Below are positions 1 to 8,648 of a stretch of DNA of 24,000 nucleotides, in pieces; the first letter of the stretch is position 1; every line of letters begins with the position of its first letter. Both the position numbers and the translations under genes were made by a program. This stretch comes from an uncultured Alphaproteobacteria bacterium (GTDB lineage Bacteria; Pseudomonadota; Alphaproteobacteria; UBA7887): assembly GCA_913044255.1 (NCBI GenBank), contig CAJWOI010000001.1, positions 1,084 through 25,083 on the forward strand, read 5' to 3'. The notes under the pieces are model-generated. The model was not told the DNA's origin. It saw only the letters and a program-made list of their open reading frames with translations, and ran no database searches.

Positions 1-385
1 TTTGCATGATATCTCCGGTAAAAAGCGGCAATGCCGCCTGAATCTCCGCACCTGTCGGTCGCTCATCGCTACGGGCTATAATTTCCCCCTCCGAATCATC
101 AGTATCCCGACGCTCCCCCCATCGGATAGTAAACTGGTAACTTTTGAGGCCTTCCATCACGAACGACACTGTCTTCGTCGCCTCACCAAGTGCGACAGGC
201 AAAATACCCGTTGCCAACGGATCAAGCGTGCCCCCATGTCCCGCTTTGTAAGCGCAAGTCAGATAGCGGACTCTTCCAACAACCTGAGTGGAGGTTAAGC
301 CACTCGGCTTATCAATCGCTAGCCAGCCGTGCCAATGTATTTTAGGCCGCTGCTGATTATGTTTGTGTTTAACGCTTCCGCGCAT
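1..385 (-). CDS. truB: tRNA pseudouridine(55) synthase TruB, N-terminal part (continues past window start)
   Basis: Manual minus-strand translation from ATG 385..383 gives [71 protein letters not shown]... This contains the TruB catalytic-Asp motif [12 protein letters not shown]. The gene sits directly after rbfA, as in the conserved nusA-infB-rbfA-truB order. It is absent from the ORF track because it has no stop inside the window. Confidence 0.85.
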   Translation of the reverse strand, partial: MRGSVKHKHNQQRPKIHWHGWLAIDKPSGLTSTQVVGRVRYLTCAYKAGHGGTLDPLATGILPVALGEATKTVSFVMEGLKSYQFTIRWGERRDTDDSEGEIIARSDERPTGAEIQAALPLFTGDIMQ

Positions 386-806
386 CCGCACTGTCCGATA
401 TTAAAACTCCTGTGGTATCTTTTTTAACTCGGGGCCGTTGCAACAAATTTTCAATTCGACCCACCTTTTCAAATACTGGATCCTCAATAAACGAAAATCT
501 CGGGGTATGCCGCACACGCACCGTGCGCGAAACACGACGGCTAAGATGAGGTGCAGCTCGATTCAGGCCAGCCATGACGCGTTGCATATCTCCGCCACCA
601 AGCAGAGACACGTATGCCGTAGCGGCGCGAAGATCTGTGCTCACTCGTACCTCTGAAACAGTAATGGAACATCCAGCCAGATCAGGATCTCGAAAATCAC
701 CTCGGAGTAAAATATCGCTAAGCGCATGACGCAGCAGTTCACCCAACCGAAGTTGGCGTTGCTGACGAGCGTTAGGTGGGGCATTAGAGTGTGACTGTTG
801 GGCCAT
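369..806 (-). CDS. rbfA: 30S ribosome-binding factor RbfA
   Basis: 145-aa ORF immediately downstream of infB. Size and a core sequence ([20 protein letters not shown]...[20 protein letters not shown]) are typical of RbfA. Its last 17 nt overlap the truB start. Confidence 0.85.
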   Translation of the reverse strand: MAQQSHSNAPPNARQQRQLRLGELLRHALSDILLRGDFRDPDLAGCSITVSEVRVSTDLRAATAYVSLLGGGDMQRVMAGLNRAAPHLSRRVSRTVRVRHTPRFSFIEDPVFEKVGRIENLLQRPRVKKDTTGVLISDSADARKR

Positions 807-822
807 AGCAGAGTCGTGGGGC

Positions 823-3396
823 TCAAATATCCGTAATGGACCGCGCTATTTCCTTAGCTTCAAAAAGCTCTAACACGTCACCTTCTTTGAGATCCTGATA
901 CTTTTGGATTCCTATGCCACACTCGAGGCCCTCTTTGACTTCTCGCACATCGTCTTCGTGCCGTTTCAAAGTGGACATTTGTCCTTCATGTATCACCACA
1001 TTGTCACGTAGCAGCCGCACTTTAGCACCACTTCGAACAATCCCCTCCGTTACTTCACAGCCAGCAATTTTACCTATCTTTGAAATGGAGAAGACCTGTT
1101 TGACACGCACGTACCCAAGTGTCTTCTCGATCACGTTGGGCGATAGCAGACCGGACATCAGCTTCCCTATATCGTCCAACAACTCATAAATGACCTTGTA
1201 ATAGCGGATATCAACACCATCACGACGAGCTAGCGCACGTGCCGGCGCATCAGCGCGGACATTAAACCCAACCGTGAGCGCCTTAGAAGCCGCAGCCAGC
1301 GAGATGTCAGATTCGTTTATACCGCCCACCCCAGACAACAAAACACGGGCTTTTACCTCATCTGTTCCAAGTTGGAAGAGACTGGCTAGAATTGCCTCCA
1401 AGGACCCATGGACATCTGCTTTAATCACTAAAGACACCTCATTGACTTCACCCTCAGCAATCTGGGTAAACATTTGTTCGACAGTTCCACGGCGCGCAGC
1501 TACCGCCTGTTGGTCTCTCATCACATTGCCCCGATACTCTGTTACTTCGCGCGCGCGGCTTTCATCGTTGACCACGACTACCTCATCGCCGGCACTGGGA
1601 GTATCGTTCAAACCCAGCACTTCAACGGGCTGTGATGGACCTGCCTCCTTTATAGAAGAGCCTCTGTCGTTTGCGAGAGCCCGTACACGACCCCACGCCC
1701 CACCAGCAACTAAAATATCGCCAATATGGATTGTCCCTCTCTGTACCAACACTGTAGCGACCACTCCCCTACCTTTATCTAGCCGCGTCTCGATAACAAC
1801 TCCCTCGCCCGGACGCTCTGGGTTGGCCCTAAGTTCGAGTAACTCTGCTTGAAGGTTTATGATGTCGATCAGCTTGTTGAGATTTGTGCCATCCTTGGCA
1901 GATACTTCAACCGAAAGGACATCTCCTCCTACACCTTCCAATATGACATTATGTTGAAGTAAATCGCGACGAACGCGCTCGGGATTGGCATCCGGTAGAT
2001 CCACCTTATTGATTGCTACTATCAACGGTACCTCAGCCGCCTGAGCATGTTGGATAGCCTCAGCTGTTTGAGGCATGACGCTGTCGTCGGCCGCTACAAC
2101 TAGCACTATTATATCAGTAGTGTTAGCACCCCTCGCACGCATTTTGGTAAAAGCTTCATGTCCAGGCGTATCTATGAACGTGATTTTATCGCCTGCGTCG
2201 GTTTCTATTTGATAAGCGCCAATGTGCTGGGTAATACCGCCCGCTTCACTGCTTACAATATCCGAGTTGCGCAAAATATCCAGAAGCGAAGTCTTACCGT
2301 GATCAACGTGTCCCATCACGGTGACGACCGGTGACCGAATCGCCAACTCTCCCGCAACGTCTTGCTCTCCCTTTAAGCCAATTTCTACATCCGCTTCACT
2401 TACCCGCTTCGGTTTGTGCCCAAATTCATCTACCACCAGTTCAGCGGTATCGCTCTCAATCACCTCGTTAACGGTGGCCATCACCCCCATTTTCGTTAGC
2501 ACCTTCACCACGTCCCCGCCGCGCACCGCCATCCGGTTTGCGAGCTCCTGAACAGTGATCACCTCCGGAACCACCACTTCCCTTACAATTTTTTTAATTT
2601 CTATTGGCTTTGTATCACCGTGAGCAGCGCGCTTCTCCCGTTCACGAGCACGACGCACCGAGGCCAGGCTGCGCTGACGTTCTTCTTCGCTAAGAGCTTG
2701 CACGACCGTCAGTTTTCCGGTTCGGCGCCTTTGCTGTGACCCACGACGACCAATTGAAAGACGGCGGCCATCGGACTTGCGCTTCGTACGACCAGCACGG
2801 TCCCCATCCTCATTTTTGGGGTCCTCATCACGTTTTCGCTGAGCTGGCTTTGCTGAACCAGCTGGTGATGGCGACGGGGTTTCAATTTCAGCCACAGCAA
2901 GGGGCTCCGTAGGCTGAGGCTTCTTTTCGTCTTGCACAGGAGGCTCATTTCCTGTTACCGCATCTTCGGGCTCGGGTTCCGCGTCACTTATCTCCTGTAA
3001 CCCTTTCCTTAAATCTGCTTCAGCACCCTCAAGCTTACGAGCCTCATTTTCGGCCTTCAGCGCACCTTCAACTGCCCGAGCACGAGCAGCACGTTCTTTC
3101 TCAGTCAGTTCTCTGGCAACAACGAGACCTGCCTCAGGTTCAGTGGCCTTACCCTCGGGTTCACCCAGTTGGTCAATCTCGCGCTCAGCAACCTCGGTCA
3201 TGTTCCCAGTTTGCGTACGCTTAAATGTTCGCCTTCTTTTTTTTTCGACTTGAACGGTCTTGGTGCGGCCATGGGAAAAGCTTTGGCGAACCTGCCCGCT
3301 TTCCACCGTCTTTTTGAGTTCGAGTCGGCCGGGTCGCGTGAGCTCTAGCAGCTTACCATCCGAACTATTCGCGTCTTGCAGTTCTTTATCTGTCAT
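823..3396 (-). CDS. infB: translation initiation factor IF-2
   Basis: 857-aa ORF with GTPase motifs GHVDHGKTS (G1), DTPGH (G3) and NKVD (G4). It has a charged Lys/Arg/Glu-rich N-terminal region and sits downstream of nusA. Its ATG overlaps the upstream stop as ATGA. Confidence 0.97.
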   Translation of the reverse strand: MTDKELQDANSSDGKLLELTRPGRLELKKTVESGQVRQSFSHGRTKTVQVEKKRRRTFKRTQTGNMTEVAEREIDQLGEPEGKATEPEAGLVVARELTEKERAARARAVEGALKAENEARKLEGAEADLRKGLQEISDAEPEPEDAVTGNEPPVQDEKKPQPTEPLAVAEIETPSPSPAGSAKPAQRKRDEDPKNEDGDRAGRTKRKSDGRRLSIGRRGSQQRRRTGKLTVVQALSEEERQRSLASVRRAREREKRAAHGDTKPIEIKKIVREVVVPEVITVQELANRMAVRGGDVVKVLTKMGVMATVNEVIESDTAELVVDEFGHKPKRVSEADVEIGLKGEQDVAGELAIRSPVVTVMGHVDHGKTSLLDILRNSDIVSSEAGGITQHIGAYQIETDAGDKITFIDTPGHEAFTKMRARGANTTDIIVLVVAADDSVMPQTAEAIQHAQAAEVPLIVAINKVDLPDANPERVRRDLLQHNVILEGVGGDVLSVEVSAKDGTNLNKLIDIINLQAELLELRANPERPGEGVVIETRLDKGRGVVATVLVQRGTIHIGDILVAGGAWGRVRALANDRGSSIKEAGPSQPVEVLGLNDTPSAGDEVVVVNDESRAREVTEYRGNVMRDQQAVAARRGTVEQMFTQIAEGEVNEVSLVIKADVHGSLEAILASLFQLGTDEVKARVLLSGVGGINESDISLAAASKALTVGFNVRADAPARALARRDGVDIRYYKVIYELLDDIGKLMSGLLSPNVIEKTLGYVRVKQVFSISKIGKIAGCEVTEGIVRSGAKVRLLRDNVVIHEGQMSTLKRHEDDVREVKEGLECGIGIQKYQDLKEGDVLELFEAKEIARSITDI

Positions 3397-4136
3397 CGCG
3401 CCACTTTATTTATCTTGATGGGAGTTGGCTGCACCCTCACTTTAGTGGTTGTGAAACCAACCAAACGTTCTGTCTCGACTAACAATCGCTCCGCAAATCC
3501 GGAGGTCCGTACGGCAGCGTACGCCCAATTAACACGCCCGAAAACTGGCGCCAACGCCAAAACATCAAAGAAATCTATTACCCCGACTGGTTGATCGCTA
3601 TTAACGGCAACCCGACGCAATTTATCGCCATTAGTGCCCGACTCGGAAGCCAAGACCAGCAATCGCGCGCTCCCAGAGGCCAAGAGTTGCCGCACTTTCT
3701 CAAACCCTAACACTACGTGGCCGGCGCGCCGAGCGAGGCCAAATAGCCGATGACAACGACGTGCTAATAACGACGACACTAGCTCGGAGAGGTTTTCAGG
3801 AACCACAACGTCTAGCGCGTTTGCACGCCCAAGTGCGCGCTTCAAATGCCCTTTGTTTACACCCTGATCCAACACGACGCTCTCAGCAGCCACCCAAAAC
3901 CCGTGCCCCGGTAGCTTACCTTCAACATCCGGCACAAGTACACTGTCCGGCCCTATGACGAAGCGGACCAGGCTCTCTATGTCGCGGACCTCCCCAGTGA
4001 CCAAACAGCGTCGCTCTATCTTGGAAAAAGTTTCGCTGGCATCCACATGAGCACCGCCTATAGCTCGTGACGTATGAGTCGCAAACAAAATTCTACTGCC
4101 TCCATCACTCAACCGTGTCGTTGGCGCCATCGGCAT
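3393..4136 (-). CDS. YlxR/DUF448-family RNA-binding protein fused to an L7Ae/YlxQ-like domain
   Basis: Located between nusA and infB. Contains the YlxR-type RRCLVTGE motif. The C-terminal half (LFGLARRAGHVVLGFEKVRQLLASGSARLLVLASESG) resembles L7Ae/YlxQ proteins. Start is uncertain. ATG 4136 has GGAGG 6 nt upstream. TTG 4088 has GGAGG 10 nt upstream, just after the nusA stop. The longest ORF starts at 4181. Confidence 0.7.
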   Translation of the reverse strand: MPMAPTTRLSDGGSRILFATHTSRAIGGAHVDASETFSKIERRCLVTGEVRDIESLVRFVIGPDSVLVPDVEGKLPGHGFWVAAESVVLDQGVNKGHLKRALGRANALDVVVPENLSELVSSLLARRCHRLFGLARRAGHVVLGFEKVRQLLASGSARLLVLASESGTNGDKLRRVAVNSDQPVGVIDFFDVLALAPVFGRVNWAYAAVRTSGFAERLLVETERLVGFTTTKVRVQPTPIKINKVAR

Positions 4137-5823
4137 CACCAGCCTCCGGCTCCGACGGGTCGGAGTTAACATCATCTCCACCGATCACGGAAACCGCAAT
4201 GGATTTATCACTTTCTGTTAAATTTTCACGCACTTCGTCGACAGAAGCCGTGCCGGCTGTATTGTTAGCATCGATTTGTCCAACATCTCTTTCCTCAGGA
4301 CTATTATCAAACCAATGCGCCCGCGCCGACATAATTATCGCGTTTGCATCGTCGGTCGATAACTCGTTTTCACCGACAATTTCACGAAGCTCATCGCTCG
4401 CGAGATCAGCCAGATCATCTAAAGACTTGATCCCCTTTTGCCCCAACATAACCATGTTTGAGGGGGATAATCCCTCTATCCCTGCGACGTCATCGTGTAC
4501 ACCTAATTCGCGTCTCTCCGCGGTCAGTTTTTCGTCTCGCTCAACCAAGTAGGTCTGAGCTCTCTGCCGCAACTCGCCCGCGAGCGTCTCGTCAAAGCCC
4601 TCTATCGACCCAAGTTCCTCGACGGGGACAAATGCTACTGCTTCGAGATTCGCAAACCCCTCTGTTACCAACAAATGTGCGATTACATCATCCACGTTAA
4701 GATGGTCAATAAATGCTTGGGAGGCCGTTCGAAATTCTTCCACTCTCCGCTCGGATTCCTGCCCCTCTGTCATGATGTCAATTTCCCAACCTGTAAGGTT
4801 GGAAGCCAGCCTCACATTTTGGCCCCGCCGGCCAATAGCCAGGCTGAGTTGGTCATCCGGAACAACAACCTCTATGCGTCGCTGGTCCTCGTCAAGGACG
4901 ACCTTGGTAACTTCGGCCGGCGCTAAAGCATTGACTATGAACGTAGCTGGATCTGGGTTCCACTGAATGATGTCGATTTTTTCTCCCTGCAGCTCATTCA
5001 CTACAGCTTGAACCCTACTGCCGCGCATTCCTACGCAAGCCCCGACTGGGTCTATGCTCGAGTCGTTAGACAAAACCGCAATCTTAGCCCGACTTCCTGG
5101 ATCTCGCGCCAAGGCTTTGATTTCAATAATACCGTCGTATATTTCAGGCACTTCCTGACGAAATAATTTAGCCATTAACTCAGCTCGAGTTCGCGATAGG
5201 AAGATCTGTGCTCCCCGAGTCTCCTCCCGTACTTCGTAAATAAGTGCTCGGACCCGGTCCCCATTACGAAAATTTTCACGCGGCAACGATTCATCACGTC
5301 TCAACACCGCTTCACCTCGTCCAAGGTCTACAATCACGTTCCCATACTCGGTGCGTTTCACGAGCCCATTGACTATCTCGCCATTTCGATCCTTGTACTC
5401 CTCATATTGGCGCGCACGTTCCGCCTCACGTACTCGTTGGACAATGACTTGTTTTGCTGCCTGAGCCGCGACGCGGCCAAGATCAATGGGCGGCAGTGGT
5501 TCCCGTAGTTCGCCACCCACCTCAAGGTTTGGATCCATGGCGTGAGCAGCTTCCAGTCCAAGTTGGGTGGCATCGTTTTCCACTTCTTCAACAACATGGC
5601 GGACCCGGTTTAACCTAATTTCACCCGTGGACCGGTCGATTTCTGCAAGAATTTCCAATTCTTGACCATATTTGCGTCTGCTTGCTGTTTGAATCGCTTG
5701 TTCCATAGCTTGGACTACAATTTCCCGGTCGATGGTCTTATCACGAGCAACAGCGTCGGCTACTTGCAACAGCTCCGGCCTCGCTAGTCCCCGGGTGCCT
5801 TCATCCAGAATACCTTCACTCAT
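4105..5823 (-). CDS. nusA: transcription termination/antitermination factor NusA
   Basis: 572-aa ORF with an S1/KH region (ACVGMRGSRVQAVVNELQGEKIDIIQW closely resembles E. coli NusA). It has C-terminal HhH-type repeats and an acidic tail. Position is between rimP and infB. Confidence 0.96.
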   Translation of the reverse strand: MSEGILDEGTRGLARPELLQVADAVARDKTIDREIVVQAMEQAIQTASRRKYGQELEILAEIDRSTGEIRLNRVRHVVEEVENDATQLGLEAAHAMDPNLEVGGELREPLPPIDLGRVAAQAAKQVIVQRVREAERARQYEEYKDRNGEIVNGLVKRTEYGNVIVDLGRGEAVLRRDESLPRENFRNGDRVRALIYEVREETRGAQIFLSRTRAELMAKLFRQEVPEIYDGIIEIKALARDPGSRAKIAVLSNDSSIDPVGACVGMRGSRVQAVVNELQGEKIDIIQWNPDPATFIVNALAPAEVTKVVLDEDQRRIEVVVPDDQLSLAIGRRGQNVRLASNLTGWEIDIMTEGQESERRVEEFRTASQAFIDHLNVDDVIAHLLVTEGFANLEAVAFVPVEELGSIEGFDETLAGELRQRAQTYLVERDEKLTAERRELGVHDDVAGIEGLSPSNMVMLGQKGIKSLDDLADLASDELREIVGENELSTDDANAIIMSARAHWFDNSPEERDVGQIDANNTAGTASVDEVRENLTESDKSIAVSVIGGDDVNSDPSEPEAGDADGANDTVE

Positions 5824-6317
5824 TATCCATCTCGCTTTCGCGCAACACGTAAAAGATCTTCAGTCAATATCAGTTTCGCATTAATAATTTCAGCAAACGG
5901 AATCTGGAGAACGCCCACGGCATCAACAAGATCGACGCTGACCGCACTGTTGGTAGTTCCCACCAAACGGCCGCGAAACTTCTGTCGGCCATGAAGAAGT
6001 GTTTTGGTCTCCACTTGCGCCTCAGAGCCAGCGTAGCGCTTAAAATCCTCCGGTTTAACCAAAGGCCGATCTAAGCCGGGCGAACTGATCTCCAAATCGT
6101 ACGCTCCACCTATTGGATCTTCGACCTCTAGGATCGGCGACACTGCGCCACTGATATTGGCACAATCATCGACCGTCATTGCCGCGCCATCAGACCGCTC
6201 TGCCATCACTTGTAATGTTTGCCGTCGTGATCCCGACAGCCGCACGCGCACCAAGCTGTAGCCCTCAGCCCTCAGGGTCGGGCTGATAATATCTTCCACC
6301 GCCTTAACCTGGTCCAT
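5823..6317 (-). CDS. rimP: ribosome maturation factor RimP
   Basis: ORF directly upstream of nusA, with stop and start sharing one base (TAATG). From MDQVKAVEDIISPTLRAEGYSLVRVRL... it aligns by eye with RimP N-termini. The track's longer start (6368) would translate through a terminator-like hairpin and T-tract, so ATG 6317 is preferred. Confidence 0.85.
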   Translation of the reverse strand: MDQVKAVEDIISPTLRAEGYSLVRVRLSGSRRQTLQVMAERSDGAAMTVDDCANISGAVSPILEVEDPIGGAYDLEISSPGLDRPLVKPEDFKRYAGSEAQVETKTLLHGRQKFRGRLVGTTNSAVSVDLVDAVGVLQIPFAEIINAKLILTEDLLRVARKRDG

Positions 6318-6347
6318 CGGCTCGCCACGCCCGCCACAGCGCCCGCC

Positions 6348-6376
6348 TAAAATAAAAACGTGGGCCAACAGCCCAC
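6348..6376 (-). terminator. Intrinsic terminator-like hairpin plus U-tract in the rimP-nusA leader (candidate attenuator, or the trmB terminator)
   Basis: The minus strand reads GTGGGC-TGTTG-GCCCAC followed by GTTTTTATTTTA. That is a 6-bp GC-rich stem, a 5-nt loop and 9 T in the next 12 nt. It lies about 30 nt upstream of the preferred rimP ATG and about 85 nt downstream of the trmB stop. Confidence 0.65.
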
Positions 6377-6427
6377 AGCCACACTACCATTGAGCCTCAA
6401 CCAACAGGCTTCACTATCTTGGTGAGC

Positions 6428-6455
6428 TTTATAACACTTTCGTAGCCACCTTCAA
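6428..6455 (-). promoter_or_regulatory. Candidate sigma70-type promoter for rimP-nusA-infB
   Basis: The minus strand reads TTGAAG (6455..6450), a 16-nt spacer, then TATAAA (6433..6428). It sits between the trmB stop and the leader hairpin. This is a pattern match only. Confidence 0.35.
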
Positions 6456-6459
6456 GCAT

Positions 6460-7182
6460 TTAGGGAAGTTGGGAACAATTTTCCAGACGATGTTGCGTTC
6501 GTTGGCGCCGCTGAAATTGCAGGTAGATACATGTCCGACCCGCGGTTAGTGCTTTCTGTTCATAACGAGTGACTATTCCATCCGAAGGACGAGCTCGCCA
6601 ATCCCTTGGTCCACGCGCGCTCCAATCAAATGCCTGGTGTTCCAACAAGAAACGCAACACCCAGCGCCCGTACTCGTCGTGATCAGTCGAGAAATGAAAT
6701 GTGGCATCGTCACACATGGTACGCGCCAGAGAATTTAAAAATCCCTTGTTTACCAACCGCCTCTTATGATGTCGCTTCTTCGGCCACGGGTCAGGGAATA
6801 AAGCAAATACTTTGCCTAAGCACACCCCTGGTAATGCAGTTATTAGCCGATTTGCGTCTCCCGGAAAAATTCGAATATTTGAGAGACCCTCGGCCTCTAT
6901 CTGAGATAACAATTTACCCACCCCCTCAAAAAAAGGGTCGCAGCCTATAAACCCAATGTTTGGATTGGCCCGTGCTTGAGCCACCAAATGTTCGCCACCA
7001 CCAAAACCGATCTCCAACCAGACGTTTCGGGGAGCCGCATCAAACAATTCAGATAGCTTTAATGGGGTCGGTGTCCCGCCATCACCTGCACCTATCGCCA
7101 ATGCCAATTTCGGCAATAAAGACTTAACCAAGGCCAAACGATTAGGACGCATTGCTCGTCCACGATTTCTTCCATGGGGCAT
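6460..7182 (-). CDS. trmB: tRNA (guanine46-N7)-methyltransferase TrmB
   Basis: 240-aa ORF with a SAM-MTase motif (LEIGFGGGEH) and the TrmB signature FPDPWPKKRHHKRRL. Confidence 0.93.
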   Translation of the reverse strand: MPHGRNRGRAMRPNRLALVKSLLPKLALAIGAGDGGTPTPLKLSELFDAAPRNVWLEIGFGGGEHLVAQARANPNIGFIGCDPFFEGVGKLLSQIEAEGLSNIRIFPGDANRLITALPGVCLGKVFALFPDPWPKKRHHKRRLVNKGFLNSLARTMCDDATFHFSTDHDEYGRWVLRFLLEHQAFDWSARGPRDWRARPSDGIVTRYEQKALTAGRTCIYLQFQRRQRTQHRLENCSQLP

Positions 7183-7224
7183 GGCAGCAATAGACTTAGA
7201 GTGGCAAACCTAAAAGATCGTCCA

Positions 7225-8388
7225 TTAAAATGCCTTCCGCAGATCCTCGACCAAATCGCAGCGTTCCCACGAAAACCCGCCGTCCGCATCGGGGTTTCGG
7301 CCAAAATGTCCGTAAGCCGCAGTCCGCGCAAAAATCGGCCGACTTAGATTTAAATGTTCACGAATGCCACGAGGGGATAGATCAACTCGCTCCTGCAACA
7401 CCGTCGACAGTTGACTTTCTTCCACCTCACCTGTGCCATGTGTGTCGACGTATACGGACAGCGGCCTCGACAACCCAATTGCATACGCGAGTTGAATAGT
7501 ACAACGCTCCGCAAGTCTGGCTGCAACAACGTTCTTCGCAAGATATCTAGCGACATAGGCCGCTGAGCGATCCACTTTTGTTGGATCCTTGCCAGAGAAA
7601 GCCCCGCCGCCATGTGGCGCTGCACCTCCGTAGGTGTCGACAATTATTTTGCGACCTGTAAGGCCGCAATCCCCATCAGGGCCGCCAATGACAAACCGCC
7701 CCGTAGGATTAACGTAGAAATCTTTGTCCGGACACATCCAGCCATCTGGTAAAATTTTTTCGACATGTGGTCGCACTATTTCACGCACCTGATCCTGATC
7801 GAATTCAGGCTTGTGTTGTGTTGAGACAACAACAGAAGCCGCCCCGACCGGTTGCCCATTGGCATAACGAAGTGTGACCTGGCTCTTTGAATCTGGACCC
7901 AAGGCAAGTGTTTCACCTGCATGACGCGCCTGAGCAAGCGAGCGGAGAATTTCATGGCTAAAATATATAGGTGCCGGCATCAAGACGTCAGTCTCTCGAC
8001 ACGCATAACCAAACATAATGCCTTGGTCACCGGCACCCTCGTCCTTATTACCGATAGCATCTACTCCCATCGCAATATCATCCGACTGACGATGCAAATG
8101 CACTTCCACTCGTAGATCGCACCAGTGAAAGCCGCGTTGCTCGTAGCCAATGCCACGGATTACCTTACGAACTACATCCTCAATTTTTTCACTCGAGAAA
8201 TCGGGGCCCCGAGTCTCGCCTGCAATCACAGTCAAATTAGTTGTTGCCATGGTTTCAACGGCGACTCTAGAGTTCGAATCTTCAGCCAGAAAGGTGTCAA
8301 CAATCGAATCGGAGACAAGGTCACATACCTTGTCGGGATGACCCTCTGAAACGGACTCACTAGTAAATAAATATTCGGATACGGGCAT
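7225..8388 (-). CDS. metK: S-adenosylmethionine synthetase
   Basis: 387-aa ORF with the hallmark MetK motifs [10 protein letters not shown] and [19 protein letters not shown]. Confidence 0.98.
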   Translation of the reverse strand: MPVSEYLFTSESVSEGHPDKVCDLVSDSIVDTFLAEDSNSRVAVETMATTNLTVIAGETRGPDFSSEKIEDVVRKVIRGIGYEQRGFHWCDLRVEVHLHRQSDDIAMGVDAIGNKDEGAGDQGIMFGYACRETDVLMPAPIYFSHEILRSLAQARHAGETLALGPDSKSQVTLRYANGQPVGAASVVVSTQHKPEFDQDQVREIVRPHVEKILPDGWMCPDKDFYVNPTGRFVIGGPDGDCGLTGRKIIVDTYGGAAPHGGGAFSGKDPTKVDRSAAYVARYLAKNVVAARLAERCTIQLAYAIGLSRPLSVYVDTHGTGEVEESQLSTVLQERVDLSPRGIREHLNLSRPIFARTAAYGHFGRNPDADGGFSWERCDLVEDLRKAF

Positions 8389-8460
8389 CTTTAGCCTCTA
8401 AGCGACGAGAGAAGATTCCAGGCCGCTTCCAAAAATAGATCCGGCTTGGCGGCTTCATAG
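8389..8460 (-). promoter_or_regulatory. metK 5' leader with an imperfect hairpin and possible SD-sequestering pairing (riboswitch-like, unverified)
   Basis: The minus strand reads GAAGCCGCCAAGCCGGAUCUAUUUUUGGAAGCGGCCUGG...UAGAGGCUAAAG-AUG. GCCGC (8453..8449) can pair with GCGGC (8426..8422). Loop AGCC could pair with GGCU in the SD region. These are hand-folded only. Confidence 0.2.
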
Positions 8461-8648
8461 CAGTTGTCTCAATAAAGCGCCATGTTTGGGCGTGCATATT
8501 CGAGTCTAGTGAAAGCAAAAACAGCCTGTGTATAAGTAATTTGGCACGATGAACTGGTCGGGCCCTTGATCAAACTACTTTATAATTGGGATAGTTGCAG
8601 TGTGCGCATGAACAACGCATCCAACAATTCTTTGCAACGGCCCAATGA

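Noticed and set aside
1274-1852. 192-aa plus-strand ORF. Similar long antisense ORFs occur at 4067..4552, 13634..14038, 16806..17231 and 22202..22759.
   Set aside because: Each lies fully inside, and antisense to or out of frame with, a strongly supported conserved gene (infB, nusA, miaB, rimI, trpS). Their translations are low-complexity Ser/Pro/Thr/Arg-rich, as expected for shadow ORFs, and none has a recognisable motif.
3237-3245. A9 homopolymer on the infB coding strand (GAA AAA AAA AGA), a possible slippage or phase-variation site.
   Set aside because: It simply encodes the EKKRRR basic stretch typical of IF-2 N-terminal regions. The frame is intact through an essential gene, and nothing suggests programmed frameshifting.
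6318-6368. 17-codon N-terminal extension of the rimP ORF (MAHVFILGGRCGGRGEP) given in the ORF track.
   Set aside because: The extension would be translated from the terminator-like hairpin and T-tract itself. RimP homology begins at MDQVKAVEDII (ATG 6317).
8272-8280. GTTCGAATC, a tRNA T-loop-like motif.
   Set aside because: It is embedded in the metK coding sequence, with no flanking acceptor, D or anticodon arm complementarity. It is a chance match.
8570-8620. 16-codon Cys-rich mini-ORF (MRCSCAHCNYPNYKVV) on the minus strand in the lnt-metK spacer, a possible leader peptide.
   Set aside because: There is no Shine-Dalgarno upstream, and it has no Met enrichment that would fit attenuation control of metK. 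An ORF this short is expected by chance in 260 nt.
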